Positions 57,280 through 64,000 of a DNA stretch of 64,000 nucleotides are shown in pieces. How positions within the stretch are numbered: the stretch's first letter is position 1; the number at the start of each line of letters is the position of its first letter. The notes under the pieces are model-generated. The model was not told the origin of the DNA. It made no database searches and saw only the letters and a list, made by a program, of their open reading frames with translations. The position numbers and the translations under genes were made by a program. The stretch spans positions 13,755-77,754 of the forward strand of contig JBBQNQ010000001.1 in assembly GCA_038330095.1 (NCBI GenBank). The letters run 5' to 3'. The stretch is from Solirubrobacterales bacterium (GTDB taxonomy: Bacteria > Actinomycetota > Thermoleophilia > Solirubrobacterales > Solirubrobacteraceae).

Positions 57280-58467
57280 ATGCTCCGTCGAATTCTCATC
57301 GCCCTCGCCGCCGTCATGGTGTCAGCCCTGTGGATCACGGCGGCTGTGCCCGCCGCGCCGCCGGTCTACACCACTCCCGGGGGAGCCGACACGGCACCGG
57401 CCGTGTCCACCCCCCCGGCAGCCGCAGGCCGCCCCGATCCCTCGCCACTGTGGCGCGAGTTCCCGCTGGGCACGCCTCGGCGAAAGGGCGCTCCCAAGAC
57501 CGGCGGCACCCAGACGCCACCCGCTGATGGCTCGACCGCACCCGCCGGCCGCTCGGCGCCCACCAGCACCACAGCTCCTGGTGCCGGCGGCGACGACTCG
57601 GGCCCGAGTTGGCTGCTGTTGCTGGCGCTGGGGACGCTGCTGGTCATGGTCGGAGTCCTCGGCTTTCTGTTCAGCAGGCGGCGGGCGGAGCGGCGCCGGG
57701 GAGAGAGTGGGACCGAGCGAGTGGGCCCAGCGCTGCATGGCCCGCAGCCACGGCGGCCCGCGGTCGCCGACGCCGCCGGCCCCGTGAGAACCGGCAGGCC
57801 GCGTCGTCGTAGCGAGCCCCTCCGGGCGGCCCGTCAACCCAACGGCACGCCGTTGCAGAGCAACGGCGGCCCCCCCGAGCCGGTCAGTCCACGCGAAAGC
57901 GAAGGAGCGTCTAACGGGGGAGCGCCGGCATCCTCACCGTGGCGGCCGGCCGACGCGGACGGCGACCCTCCCTTCCCGGAGTCTGGCTCATCCTCCTTCG
58001 GCCAGGGCGGCTCCCCCACGGGCGCCGCCTCCACGCCGCAGACGACCTCTGCCCCGCGCCCGGCCGAGCAGGACACTCCGACCAGCGGCTTCCCGCCCGT
58101 CAGCGAGGATGCCGCGCCGCTGACACGGGCGCTACCTGCCACGCCGGCGACCCCCGCCGCTGAGCCGAACTCCCCGGGGCACCAGGACACCCCGCCCAGC
58201 GGCTTCCCGCCCGTCGAGAGGGACGCCGGGCAGGCACGCGACGCGCGACCGAAACCCGCCCTGCGCTGGGAAGCGAAGTCACTCGGCCGGGCCGAGGCCG
58301 AGCAGCCGCCACTCCCCGCGCCCGACGCCGTGCCATGGCGACCGCCCGAGGCCGCGCCGCAGCCGGAGAGGTCATCAGGGACCCCGCCCGAGGAGAGGCC
58401 TCGCCCGGCGGTGGCCGGTCGCCCTCGCGACCCGCGCAACCTGTGGCGGCGCGCGCGGTCCCGCTGA
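57280..58467 (+). CDS. proline-rich membrane-anchored hypothetical protein
   Basis: Signal-like N-terminus, a central TM helix (WLLLLALGTLLVMVGVLGFLF) and a long Pro/Ala-rich low-complexity tail. Confidence 0.5.
   Translation: MLRRILIALAAVMVSALWITAAVPAAPPVYTTPGGADTAPAVSTPPAAAGRPDPSPLWREFPLGTPRRKGAPKTGGTQTPPADGSTAPAGRSAPTSTTAPGAGGDDSGPSWLLLLALGTLLVMVGVLGFLFSRRRAERRRGESGTERVGPALHGPQPRRPAVADAAGPVRTGRPRRRSEPLRAARQPNGTPLQSNGGPPEPVSPRESEGASNGGAPASSPWRPADADGDPPFPESGSSSFGQGGSPTGAASTPQTTSAPRPAEQDTPTSGFPPVSEDAAPLTRALPATPATPAAEPNSPGHQDTPPSGFPPVERDAGQARDARPKPALRWEAKSLGRAEAEQPPLPAPDAVPWRPPEAAPQPERSSGTPPEERPRPAVAGRPRDPRNLWRRARSR
58069..58215 (+). repeat. 33-nt direct repeat (31/33 identical) 114 nt apart inside the Pro-rich gene
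   Basis: CAGGACAC(T/C)CCG(A/C)CCAGCGGCTTCCCGCCCGTC at 58069-58101 and 58183-58215. It encodes QDTP(T/P)SGFPPV. Confidence 0.8.
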
Positions 58468-58670
58468 CGGCGTAAGTCCGGGTCTGCCTTCGCCGTGCCG
58501 GGCTGAACGGCGGCAACGAGGGAGAAGGGTGGGGCGATTTCCGGTCGTAATGCGTCCGTTATTCGACCCACCCCCGCTCAGTCCATCCCCTCCGCCGTTC
58601 GTCTTCTTGCAGGCGCCGAGCGCTCAGAAAGGTCACTCGGCGGGGCCCGAGAGCGCTCAGCGCTCCTCTC

Positions 58671-60005
58671 TCACTTCACCAGCCGCACCTCCAGCCCGAC
58701 CAGGCCGGTCGCGTCGCCTGCTCCGCCGAGGAGGCCGAGAATTCGCGCGACGTAGCCTCGGGTCTCAGGGATCGGGGGGACGCACATGCAGGCCGCCACG
58801 CGGGCGGGGCCTGCGTTGTAGGCGGCCAGGGCGAGCGGGACCGCGGCGAAGCGACGCAGCAGGTCGCGCATCAGGCGCCCCTGGGCGTCTATGGCCTGCT
58901 CGGGATCGAAGGGGTCGCGCAGTCCGAAGCTGGCGGCGGTGCCGGGCATGAACTGGGCGATGCCCTGGGCGCCCGCCGAGGAGGTGGCGTTCGGGTTGAA
59001 GTTCGACTCGGCATAGAGCTGGGCGGCCAGCAACCCCGCCGAGACGTTGTAGCGCTGGGCCGCACGCGAGATCATCGGCGCAAAGCGCGCCGGCACGAAC
59101 GACGGGATCGCGCTGCCGCCATCGCCTCGCGGCCCGCCCCACCCAACCGACCGCGAGCCGGGGTTGCGGGTGTAACCCCAATGCCAGGGCTCCCAGGAAT
59201 ACCGCTGGATGAAGCCGAAGCGACCGCCGTTCGTGCGCATCCAGGCCATCGCCGAAGGCGGACCGAGGTCGAGCTCGGTGGCGAGGCGGTGCAGCGAGCG
59301 GCCGGGAGGGGCGACCCAGCGCGGGTCCGGATTGGCCGCGAACAGGCGGGCCTGCTCGGCGTCGCTGCGGTAAGCGCTGTTGATGATCAGGTTGACGCCG
59401 GCTGCGCGGGCGGCCGCGTACATGCGGTCGAAGGCGAGCGCGACGTCGGGACGCATGGGCTTGCCCTGGCGGTAGGCCAGTGGACCGTTGTAGCCGCCTC
59501 CCGTCGCGAAGCCGGAGGCCCCCGCGCCGAAGGCGGGAGCAAGCTCCGCCTCGGCGCTCGACTTCACCATCACCGATCGTCGCTTGCCCGCCGCCTCGAC
59601 CGTGACCGGGTCGCGCACGACCACGCGGATGAGCACCGGCGCGATCGTGCGTCGGTCCGGGAAGGTCACGGTGACGACGCGTGCCCCGTTGCGGCCGGCC
59701 GTCTCGAAGGCCACGCGCCGGCCCAGCGCGAGGTAGTCGCCCTTCTCGAGGTGGCGCGGGTTGCGCCGGCCGCCAACGCGGGGCGGCTCGAAGAGGCGCG
59801 GGTAGGCGACGAGCATCGCGCGCGCGCCGGCGAGCGCGCCGAGGTCCGCGGCGCCCTGGTGGCGCCCCTTCGCGCCGATCCCCCGGGCTATGGCGCCGAG
59901 GACGAAGGCCCCGACCAGCACCGCCGCCATCGCGCCAACGAGGAGCAGCAGCGCCTGCCCGCGCTCCTCGCGCAGCGCGCCCCATACCGGCCGCCGGCCC
60001 CTCAT
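58671..60005 (-). CDS. TadG-like N-terminal anchor fused to VanY-type M15 peptidase and SLT lytic transglycosylase domains
   Basis: N-terminus: ERGQALLLLVGAMAAVLVG...HQGAADLGALAGA (TadG-like). Middle: SAYRSDAEQ...SLHRLATELD...EPWHW (M15B His/Asp/His). C-terminus: YAESNFNPNATSSAGAQGIAQFMPGT (SLT). Confidence 0.8.
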   Translation of the reverse strand: MRGRRPVWGALREERGQALLLLVGAMAAVLVGAFVLGAIARGIGAKGRHQGAADLGALAGARAMLVAYPRLFEPPRVGGRRNPRHLEKGDYLALGRRVAFETAGRNGARVVTVTFPDRRTIAPVLIRVVVRDPVTVEAAGKRRSVMVKSSAEAELAPAFGAGASGFATGGGYNGPLAYRQGKPMRPDVALAFDRMYAAARAAGVNLIINSAYRSDAEQARLFAANPDPRWVAPPGRSLHRLATELDLGPPSAMAWMRTNGGRFGFIQRYSWEPWHWGYTRNPGSRSVGWGGPRGDGGSAIPSFVPARFAPMISRAAQRYNVSAGLLAAQLYAESNFNPNATSSAGAQGIAQFMPGTAASFGLRDPFDPEQAIDAQGRLMRDLLRRFAAVPLALAAYNAGPARVAACMCVPPIPETRGYVARILGLLGGAGDATGLVGLEVRLVK

Positions 60006-60643
60006 CACGCCTCCTCCGGGAACGGAGCGGGGACCTTGGCCGTGAGCCCGGCCAGCGCCAGCGCCCGCGAGATCGGTGGCAGGGACGCCGGGATTCGCCG
60101 CACCGGCGGACCGAGGGTGGCGAGGCGGGCCGCGGCGAGGCGGGACAGCGGGTCGTCGGGATCCTCCGAGGCGATAATGAGGGTGTCTTGGTCGGCGAGC
60201 ACGTCGTCGAGCGCTGCCGTGCGGGGGCCAGTTACGACGAAGACGCATGGCGCTTCCGAGGCCGCAGTCGCCCGGCCCAGGGCGCCGACGGCCGCCTCCG
60301 CGTCGCCCGGCAGGTCGATCCGCACTACGCGACCCGCCGTGTAGGCACGCAGGCCTCGTGCTCGCAGCGAGCTGCAGAGGCGGCGCGCACGATGACCCGA
60401 CGGCGCACCGAGGCCGGACGTGGCAGGCCCTCCGGGCCGCCACAGCGCAGCGATCGCGAACGGCGTCCGTGCACGCCGGGCCGTCGCCAGTGCGACGCCC
60501 GAGCCCAGCGCGACCGCCTCCTCCGGCGGGCAGAGCAGGGCGATCGACTCGGCGGGGAGAGACGAGGCGACGGTCGCGAGCGGCGGGCGGCGGGGCGCGG
60601 GCTGGACGAACACCGAGGACAGGCGCCCGAGCAGCTCGTTCAC
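60005..60643 (-). CDS. hypothetical protein, possibly a degenerate ParA/CpaE-like fold without a Walker A motif
   Basis: 212 aa, coupled at both ends (GTGA upstream; 1-nt overlap downstream). PCVFVVTGPRTAALDDVLADQDTLIIASEDPD resembles the ParA/MinD Walker B region. No GxxGxGK[ST] motif is present. Confidence 0.45.
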   Translation of the reverse strand: MNELLGRLSSVFVQPAPRRPPLATVASSLPAESIALLCPPEEAVALGSGVALATARRARTPFAIAALWRPGGPATSGLGAPSGHRARRLCSSLRARGLRAYTAGRVVRIDLPGDAEAAVGALGRATAASEAPCVFVVTGPRTAALDDVLADQDTLIIASEDPDDPLSRLAAARLATLGPPVRRIPASLPPISRALALAGLTAKVPAPFPEEA

Positions 60644-60996
60644 GTCGACCTCCGTCCCGCATCGGCGCGGGCATCCGCGGTCAGCATCCTGGCTATGGAG
60701 CGAGTGAGCGCCGGGGGTCGCATGCTGACCCGGACCGTGCGGCCACGCACCTCGATCGTCACCCGATCACGCGACCACCCGGGCAGGGCGTCGCGCACCG
60801 CCTGCCGTGGCTCTCGCTGCTGGAGGATCGCCACCGCGCCCGCCTCCGCCGCATGGTCGGCAAGCTCGGCGGCGACACCCGCCGCGAGCAGTTGCATGAC
60901 CGCTGCGGCGACCAGCGCGAGCATGGGAAGCAGAGCGACGATCTCCACCGACGACTGGCCACGCGACGAGCGGGCCCTTCCGAGCGCGCGCCTCAT
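60640..60996 (-). CDS. TadE-like pseudopilin family protein
   Basis: RGQSSVEIVALLPMLALVAAAVMQ N-terminal TadE motif. ATGA overlap with the upstream gene. Confidence 0.7.
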   Translation of the reverse strand: MRRALGRARSSRGQSSVEIVALLPMLALVAAAVMQLLAAGVAAELADHAAEAGAVAILQQREPRQAVRDALPGWSRDRVTIEVRGRTVRVSMRPPALTRSIARMLTADARADAGRRST

Positions 60997-61349
60997 CCCT
61001 TCCCCTGCGGCTCGAAGCGGGCCGTCGCACGCACGGTGGTCAGCGCGTCGCCGAAGATCACCGCACGGACGGGCACGGCGACCTGGATCCCGCCGTCGGA
61101 GCGCTTGCGCACGCGCAAACCCCGCTCGAGATTCTCGGGCAGGGCGCCGCGGGCGGCCAGAGCCGCGTCGGCCCCCACGGCCTGCGCCCGCGCCGCCGAG
61201 CGCGCCGCCGAGCCCGCGAGCCACAAGGCCTGCCCGGCGACCGCCGCCTGCCACATCATCGCCGCGAGCAGCGCCACGACCGGCAGCAGCACCACGAGTT
61301 CGACGCTCGCCTGCCCTCGTTCGTCACCCCACCGGCGCATGGGCGGCAC
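60993..61349 (-). CDS. TadE-like pseudopilin family protein
   Basis: ERGQASVELVVLLPVVALLAAMMWQ N-terminal TadE motif. Confidence 0.7.
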   Translation of the reverse strand: MPPMRRWGDERGQASVELVVLLPVVALLAAMMWQAAVAGQALWLAGSAARSAARAQAVGADAALAARGALPENLERGLRVRKRSDGGIQVAVPVRAVIFGDALTTVRATARFEPQGKG

Positions 61350-61419
61350 GCTCCAGGAGCGCAGCGCGCGGAGCTACGCGCGATGGTTGCGAGTCAGCAC
61401 AAAAGCTGTGGAGAAAGCG

Positions 61420-61773
61420 CTACGCGTACGCGCGCCAGGCGCGCCACACGGTGAAGATCGCGAACACGGCGCCTCCGATCAAGACGAACCACAGCATCGT
61501 TCCGATACCGGTCGCGAACAGCCGGTTCGACGCGGTCAAGGTCAGGACGACCACAGCAACGGCGCCGTAGAGCAGGGTTCGGTTGCGGTCGCCGATGCCG
61601 AAGAGGTCCAAGCGGTGGTCCGCGTACAGCCGGGCCACGAACCAAGCGAGGCCCCCGAACATGATCAGCGACAGCAACGTGCCGAAGAACGCCGCCGCCG
61701 GCCAGCCGCCCGGAAGGAAGGCCACGGCAGCCGCAATGGCGAGGACGATCAGTGCGTTACGCGCGGCGGTCAC
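61420..61773 (-). CDS. hypothetical 4-TM membrane protein
   Basis: 117 aa with four hydrophobic helices. It lies 70 nt upstream of the TadE-like genes. Confidence 0.5.
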   Translation of the reverse strand: MTAARNALIVLAIAAAVAFLPGGWPAAAFFGTLLSLIMFGGLAWFVARLYADHRLDLFGIGDRNRTLLYGAVAVVVLTLTASNRLFATGIGTMLWFVLIGGAVFAIFTVWRAWRAYA

Positions 61774-61799
61774 GTACGGGGAATGCTAGCCGTGAGACC

Positions 61800-61842
61800 G
61801 AGACTGCACTTGAACCGAATGATTCGGCTCAACAGCAGTCTC
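61800..61842. promoter_or_regulatory. nested inverted repeat between the response regulator and the membrane protein gene (terminator or operator)
   Basis: GAGACTGC-actt-GAACCGAA-tga-TTCGGCTC-aaca-GCAGTCTC. The outer 8-bp arms are perfect and the inner arms match 7/8. The local sequence is less GC-rich. Confidence 0.45.
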
Positions 61843-61892
61843 GCGCGCCCGAGGGGCCCAGGAGGCTCGCCGACCGATGCGGGCCGCCGCGT

Positions 61893-62750
61893 TCAGCCAG
61901 CGAAGCTCGGCGTCTGGAGCGACGCCGCCGTCGGCGCGGGCGCGCCGTCCTCCACCGCGGCGGGCGACGCCGTCTCCTCGCGCTCCCCCAGCGGCTCAGC
62001 CGCGAAGCGGTAGCCGATCCCGAAGTGGGTGTGGATGTAGCGCCAGTCCGGTGAGGCCCTCTCCAGCTTCTGACGCAGCTTGCGCACGAAGACGTCGACC
62101 GAGCGATCTCCGTGGGCCATCGCGTAGCCCCAAACGCGCTGGTAGATCTCCTCGCGCTCGAGCACGTGGCCGCGCGACTCGGCGAGCAGGTGGATCAGCT
62201 CGAACTCCCGGCGGGTAAGCTCGACGCTCTCGCCGCGGACGAAGGCCTGGAACTGATCCAGGCGTATCTCGACCTCGCCGGCACTCAGCGGCCCGCGCTC
62301 GTCGCGCGCCTCGGCGCGCTTGCGCCGCCGCACGACCGCCTCCACGCGCGCGATGAGCTCCTCCGGGTGGCAGGGCTTGGTCACCCAGTCATCGGCGCCC
62401 ATCCTCAAGCCCCGCACCCGCTGGGCGACCGTCGAGGAGCCGGTGCAGACGACCACGCCGAGGCCCGGGAGGACACCGCACACCCGCTCAAGGTACTCCC
62501 AGCCCTGCGGGCCGAGCGTCGCCAGGTCGAGGACGAGCGCGCTCAGGCGCATCGCCACGATCGCGTCGGTGGGGACCGCGCTCGCGAGCACGCGGTGCTG
62601 CCAGCCGACGCCGTCCAGGCGGCGGGTGAGCACCTGCAGGAACCCGCTGTCGGAGTCGATGATGGCCAGCCGAGTCGCGGCGTGGCCTGGCGCGGCGCGA
62701 CGGCCCGCGCTGGTATCGGGGGCCTGGGCGGCCAGCGTCATGTGATCCAT
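61893..62750 (-). CDS. OmpR/PhoB-family response regulator (no adjacent histidine kinase)
   Basis: Receiver (IIDSD, LVLDL, CTGSS, VTKP) plus winged-helix output (LTRREFELIHLLA...GIGYRF). Confidence 0.85.
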   Translation of the reverse strand: MDHMTLAAQAPDTSAGRRAAPGHAATRLAIIDSDSGFLQVLTRRLDGVGWQHRVLASAVPTDAIVAMRLSALVLDLATLGPQGWEYLERVCGVLPGLGVVVCTGSSTVAQRVRGLRMGADDWVTKPCHPEELIARVEAVVRRRKRAEARDERGPLSAGEVEIRLDQFQAFVRGESVELTRREFELIHLLAESRGHVLEREEIYQRVWGYAMAHGDRSVDVFVRKLRQKLERASPDWRYIHTHFGIGYRFAAEPLGEREETASPAAVEDGAPAPTAASLQTPSFAG

Positions 62751-62855
62751 GGCGCCGGTGAGGATAGAGGTCTGCCGCGACGCGACGTGGCGCGCGCGCC
62801 TGTGATCACGACTTCTTCACAACCCTAGGCGCAAAATGGAGGCAAAAGGCGAAGC

Positions 62856-63548
62856 TCACTCCTCCCGGCTGCTCACCCGCGACGCGTCCGCGAACTCCCG
62901 GAACAGGCCGGTCACGACGAACGCGACCTGCTCGCCGACGTCCACTGCGTTGTCCCCGACCCGCTCCAGCGCCCGGGCGACGAGGATCATGTGCATCGCC
63001 CACTCGCGCACGTCAGCGTCGTCGCCCGCCTCCAACGCGAGCTTGAAGACCTCGCGGTTGTGGGCGTTGATGAGCTGGTCCTGGCGCACCAGGTCCTCCG
63101 CCAGCGCCACGTCGCGCAGCTCGAAGGCCTGCTTGGACTGGCGCACCTCAGAGCGGGCGAGCTGCCCCATCTCCAGCACCTTCGCGAGGATCTCTTCGTG
63201 AATCGGCGGCTCGTGGCCGGACAGCGGGATGACCTTCGCGACGTTCACGCACTGGTCGCCCATGCGCTCGACGTGCTTGATGACGTGCAGCAGCGCGGCC
63301 ACGAGCCGCAGGTCGCCGGCCACCGGCGCCTGGGTCGCGAGCAGGGACAGGATCCCCTGGTGCACCTCCAGGTAGCGGCCGTCGATCCGGTCATCGTCGA
63401 CGATGACCAGCGAGGCGAGCTCGACGTCCTGGTGCTCGAGCGCCTCGAGCGCGCGGCCCAGGGTGCTCTCCACCATGTCCAGGCCGCCGAGGGCCTGCTC
63501 CTCGAGCTTGCGCAACTCCTGCCGGAAGGCGTAACGCGCCTCGTGCAT
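62856..63548 (-). CDS. phoU: phosphate signalling complex protein PhoU
   Basis: Two PhoU repeats with the E(R)xGD motif (HVERMGDQ, LERVGDN). Confidence 0.9.
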   Translation of the reverse strand: MHEARYAFRQELRKLEEQALGGLDMVESTLGRALEALEHQDVELASLVIVDDDRIDGRYLEVHQGILSLLATQAPVAGDLRLVAALLHVIKHVERMGDQCVNVAKVIPLSGHEPPIHEEILAKVLEMGQLARSEVRQSKQAFELRDVALAEDLVRQDQLINAHNREVFKLALEAGDDADVREWAMHMILVARALERVGDNAVDVGEQVAFVVTGLFREFADASRVSSREE

Positions 63549-63563
63549 GGCCGTCGCCGTCCC

Positions 63564-64000
63564 CTAGCCGAACTTCCCGGTGACGTACTCCTCGGTGCGG
63601 CTGTCGTCGGGGTTGGTGAAGATCTTCTCCGTAGCCGCGAACTCGACCATGTCGCCCGTGAGCATGAACGCGGTTCTGTCGGCGACACGCGCCGCCTGCT
63701 GCATGTTGTGGGTGACGATGACGATCGTGTAGCGCCGCTTGAGCTCGGCGATCAGCTCCTCGATCTTGAGCGTCGCGATCGGGTCCAGGGCCGAGCAGGG
63801 CTCGTCCATGAGTATGACCTCGGGCTCCACCGCGATCGTCCGCGCGATGCAGAGGCGCTGCTGCTGGCCGCCCGAGAGGCCGACGCCCGGCGTGCCCAGC
63901 CGGTCTTTGACCTCCTCCCACAGGCCGGCGCCGCGCAGGGAGCTCTCGACCTTCTCGTTGAGGTCCTTCCCGCGCGCGCCGCTCAGCCGCATCCCCGCGG
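63564..64000 (-). CDS. pstB: phosphate ABC transporter ATP-binding protein, 3' part (5' end outside window)
   Basis: [13 protein letters not shown] signature, ILMDEP Walker [14 protein letters not shown]-terminal EEYVTGKFG. Confidence 0.9.
   Translation of the reverse strand, partial: AGMRLSGARGKDLNEKVESSLRGAGLWEEVKDRLGTPGVGLSGGQQQRLCIARTIAVEPEVILMDEPCSALDPIATLKIEELIAELKRRYTIVIVTHNMQQAARVADRTAFMLTGDMVEFAATEKIFTNPDDSRTEEYVTGKFG

Noticed and set aside
62751-62855. PHO-box-like 11-nt direct repeats (TGATCACGACT / TCTTCACAACC) and the GTGATCAC and GGCGCGCGCGCC palindromes between phoU and the response regulator.
   Set aside because: The match to actinobacterial PHO boxes is loose. Short palindromes of this type are frequent in GC-rich DNA. 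There is not enough support to call a site.

Overview
Very GC-rich (well above 65% by eye) chromosomal segment. Gene content and order look like a high-GC Gram-positive (Actinobacteria/Thermoleophilia-like) genome; that assignment is inference only. I support about 85 features.

Core blocks:
- A thiol/copper redox cluster (GST, TlpA, SCO1).
- A secreted M23 peptidase preceded by a ydaO-type c-di-AMP riboswitch.
- azlCD and an MprF-like gene.
- A translationally coupled gamma-glutamylation catabolic operon (GlnA-like, PuuD-like, ALDH, SDR).
- An MMPL transporter.
- A complete molybdate operon (MerR-HTH/TOBE regulator, modABC, mop).
- tRNA-Ser(GGA), ferritin, tgt and marR.
- A tightly coupled gap-pgk-tpiA-gpmI operon behind uvrC-rapZ.
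- A molybdopterin oxidoreductase, then a coupled trio of two Tat-signal ferritin-like proteins and an L,D-transpeptidase.
- phoU and pstB at the right edge.

Most interesting observations:
1. An orphan, translationally coupled TadE/TadE/ParA-like/TadG-like operon (58.7-61.4 kb). Its last gene fuses a TadG-like membrane anchor to VanY-type M15 and SLT peptidoglycan-hydrolase domains. No Tad ATPase, platform or Flp genes lie in the window.
2. An 11-kb stretch (26.2-37.2 kb) lying between tRNA-Ser and a 12-nt copy of the tRNA 3' end. It looks less GC-rich at third codon positions and holds three frameshifted genes and a truncated gene remnant, which fits a decayed genomic island.
3. Two conserved-family genes (arginase-fold, AzlC) with no canonical start codon upstream of their conserved N-termini. 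One has a CTGA stop/start overlap.

No CRISPR array, transposase, integrase or rRNA was seen. Many long ORFs in the track are antisense shadow ORFs typical of high-GC DNA and were rejected.
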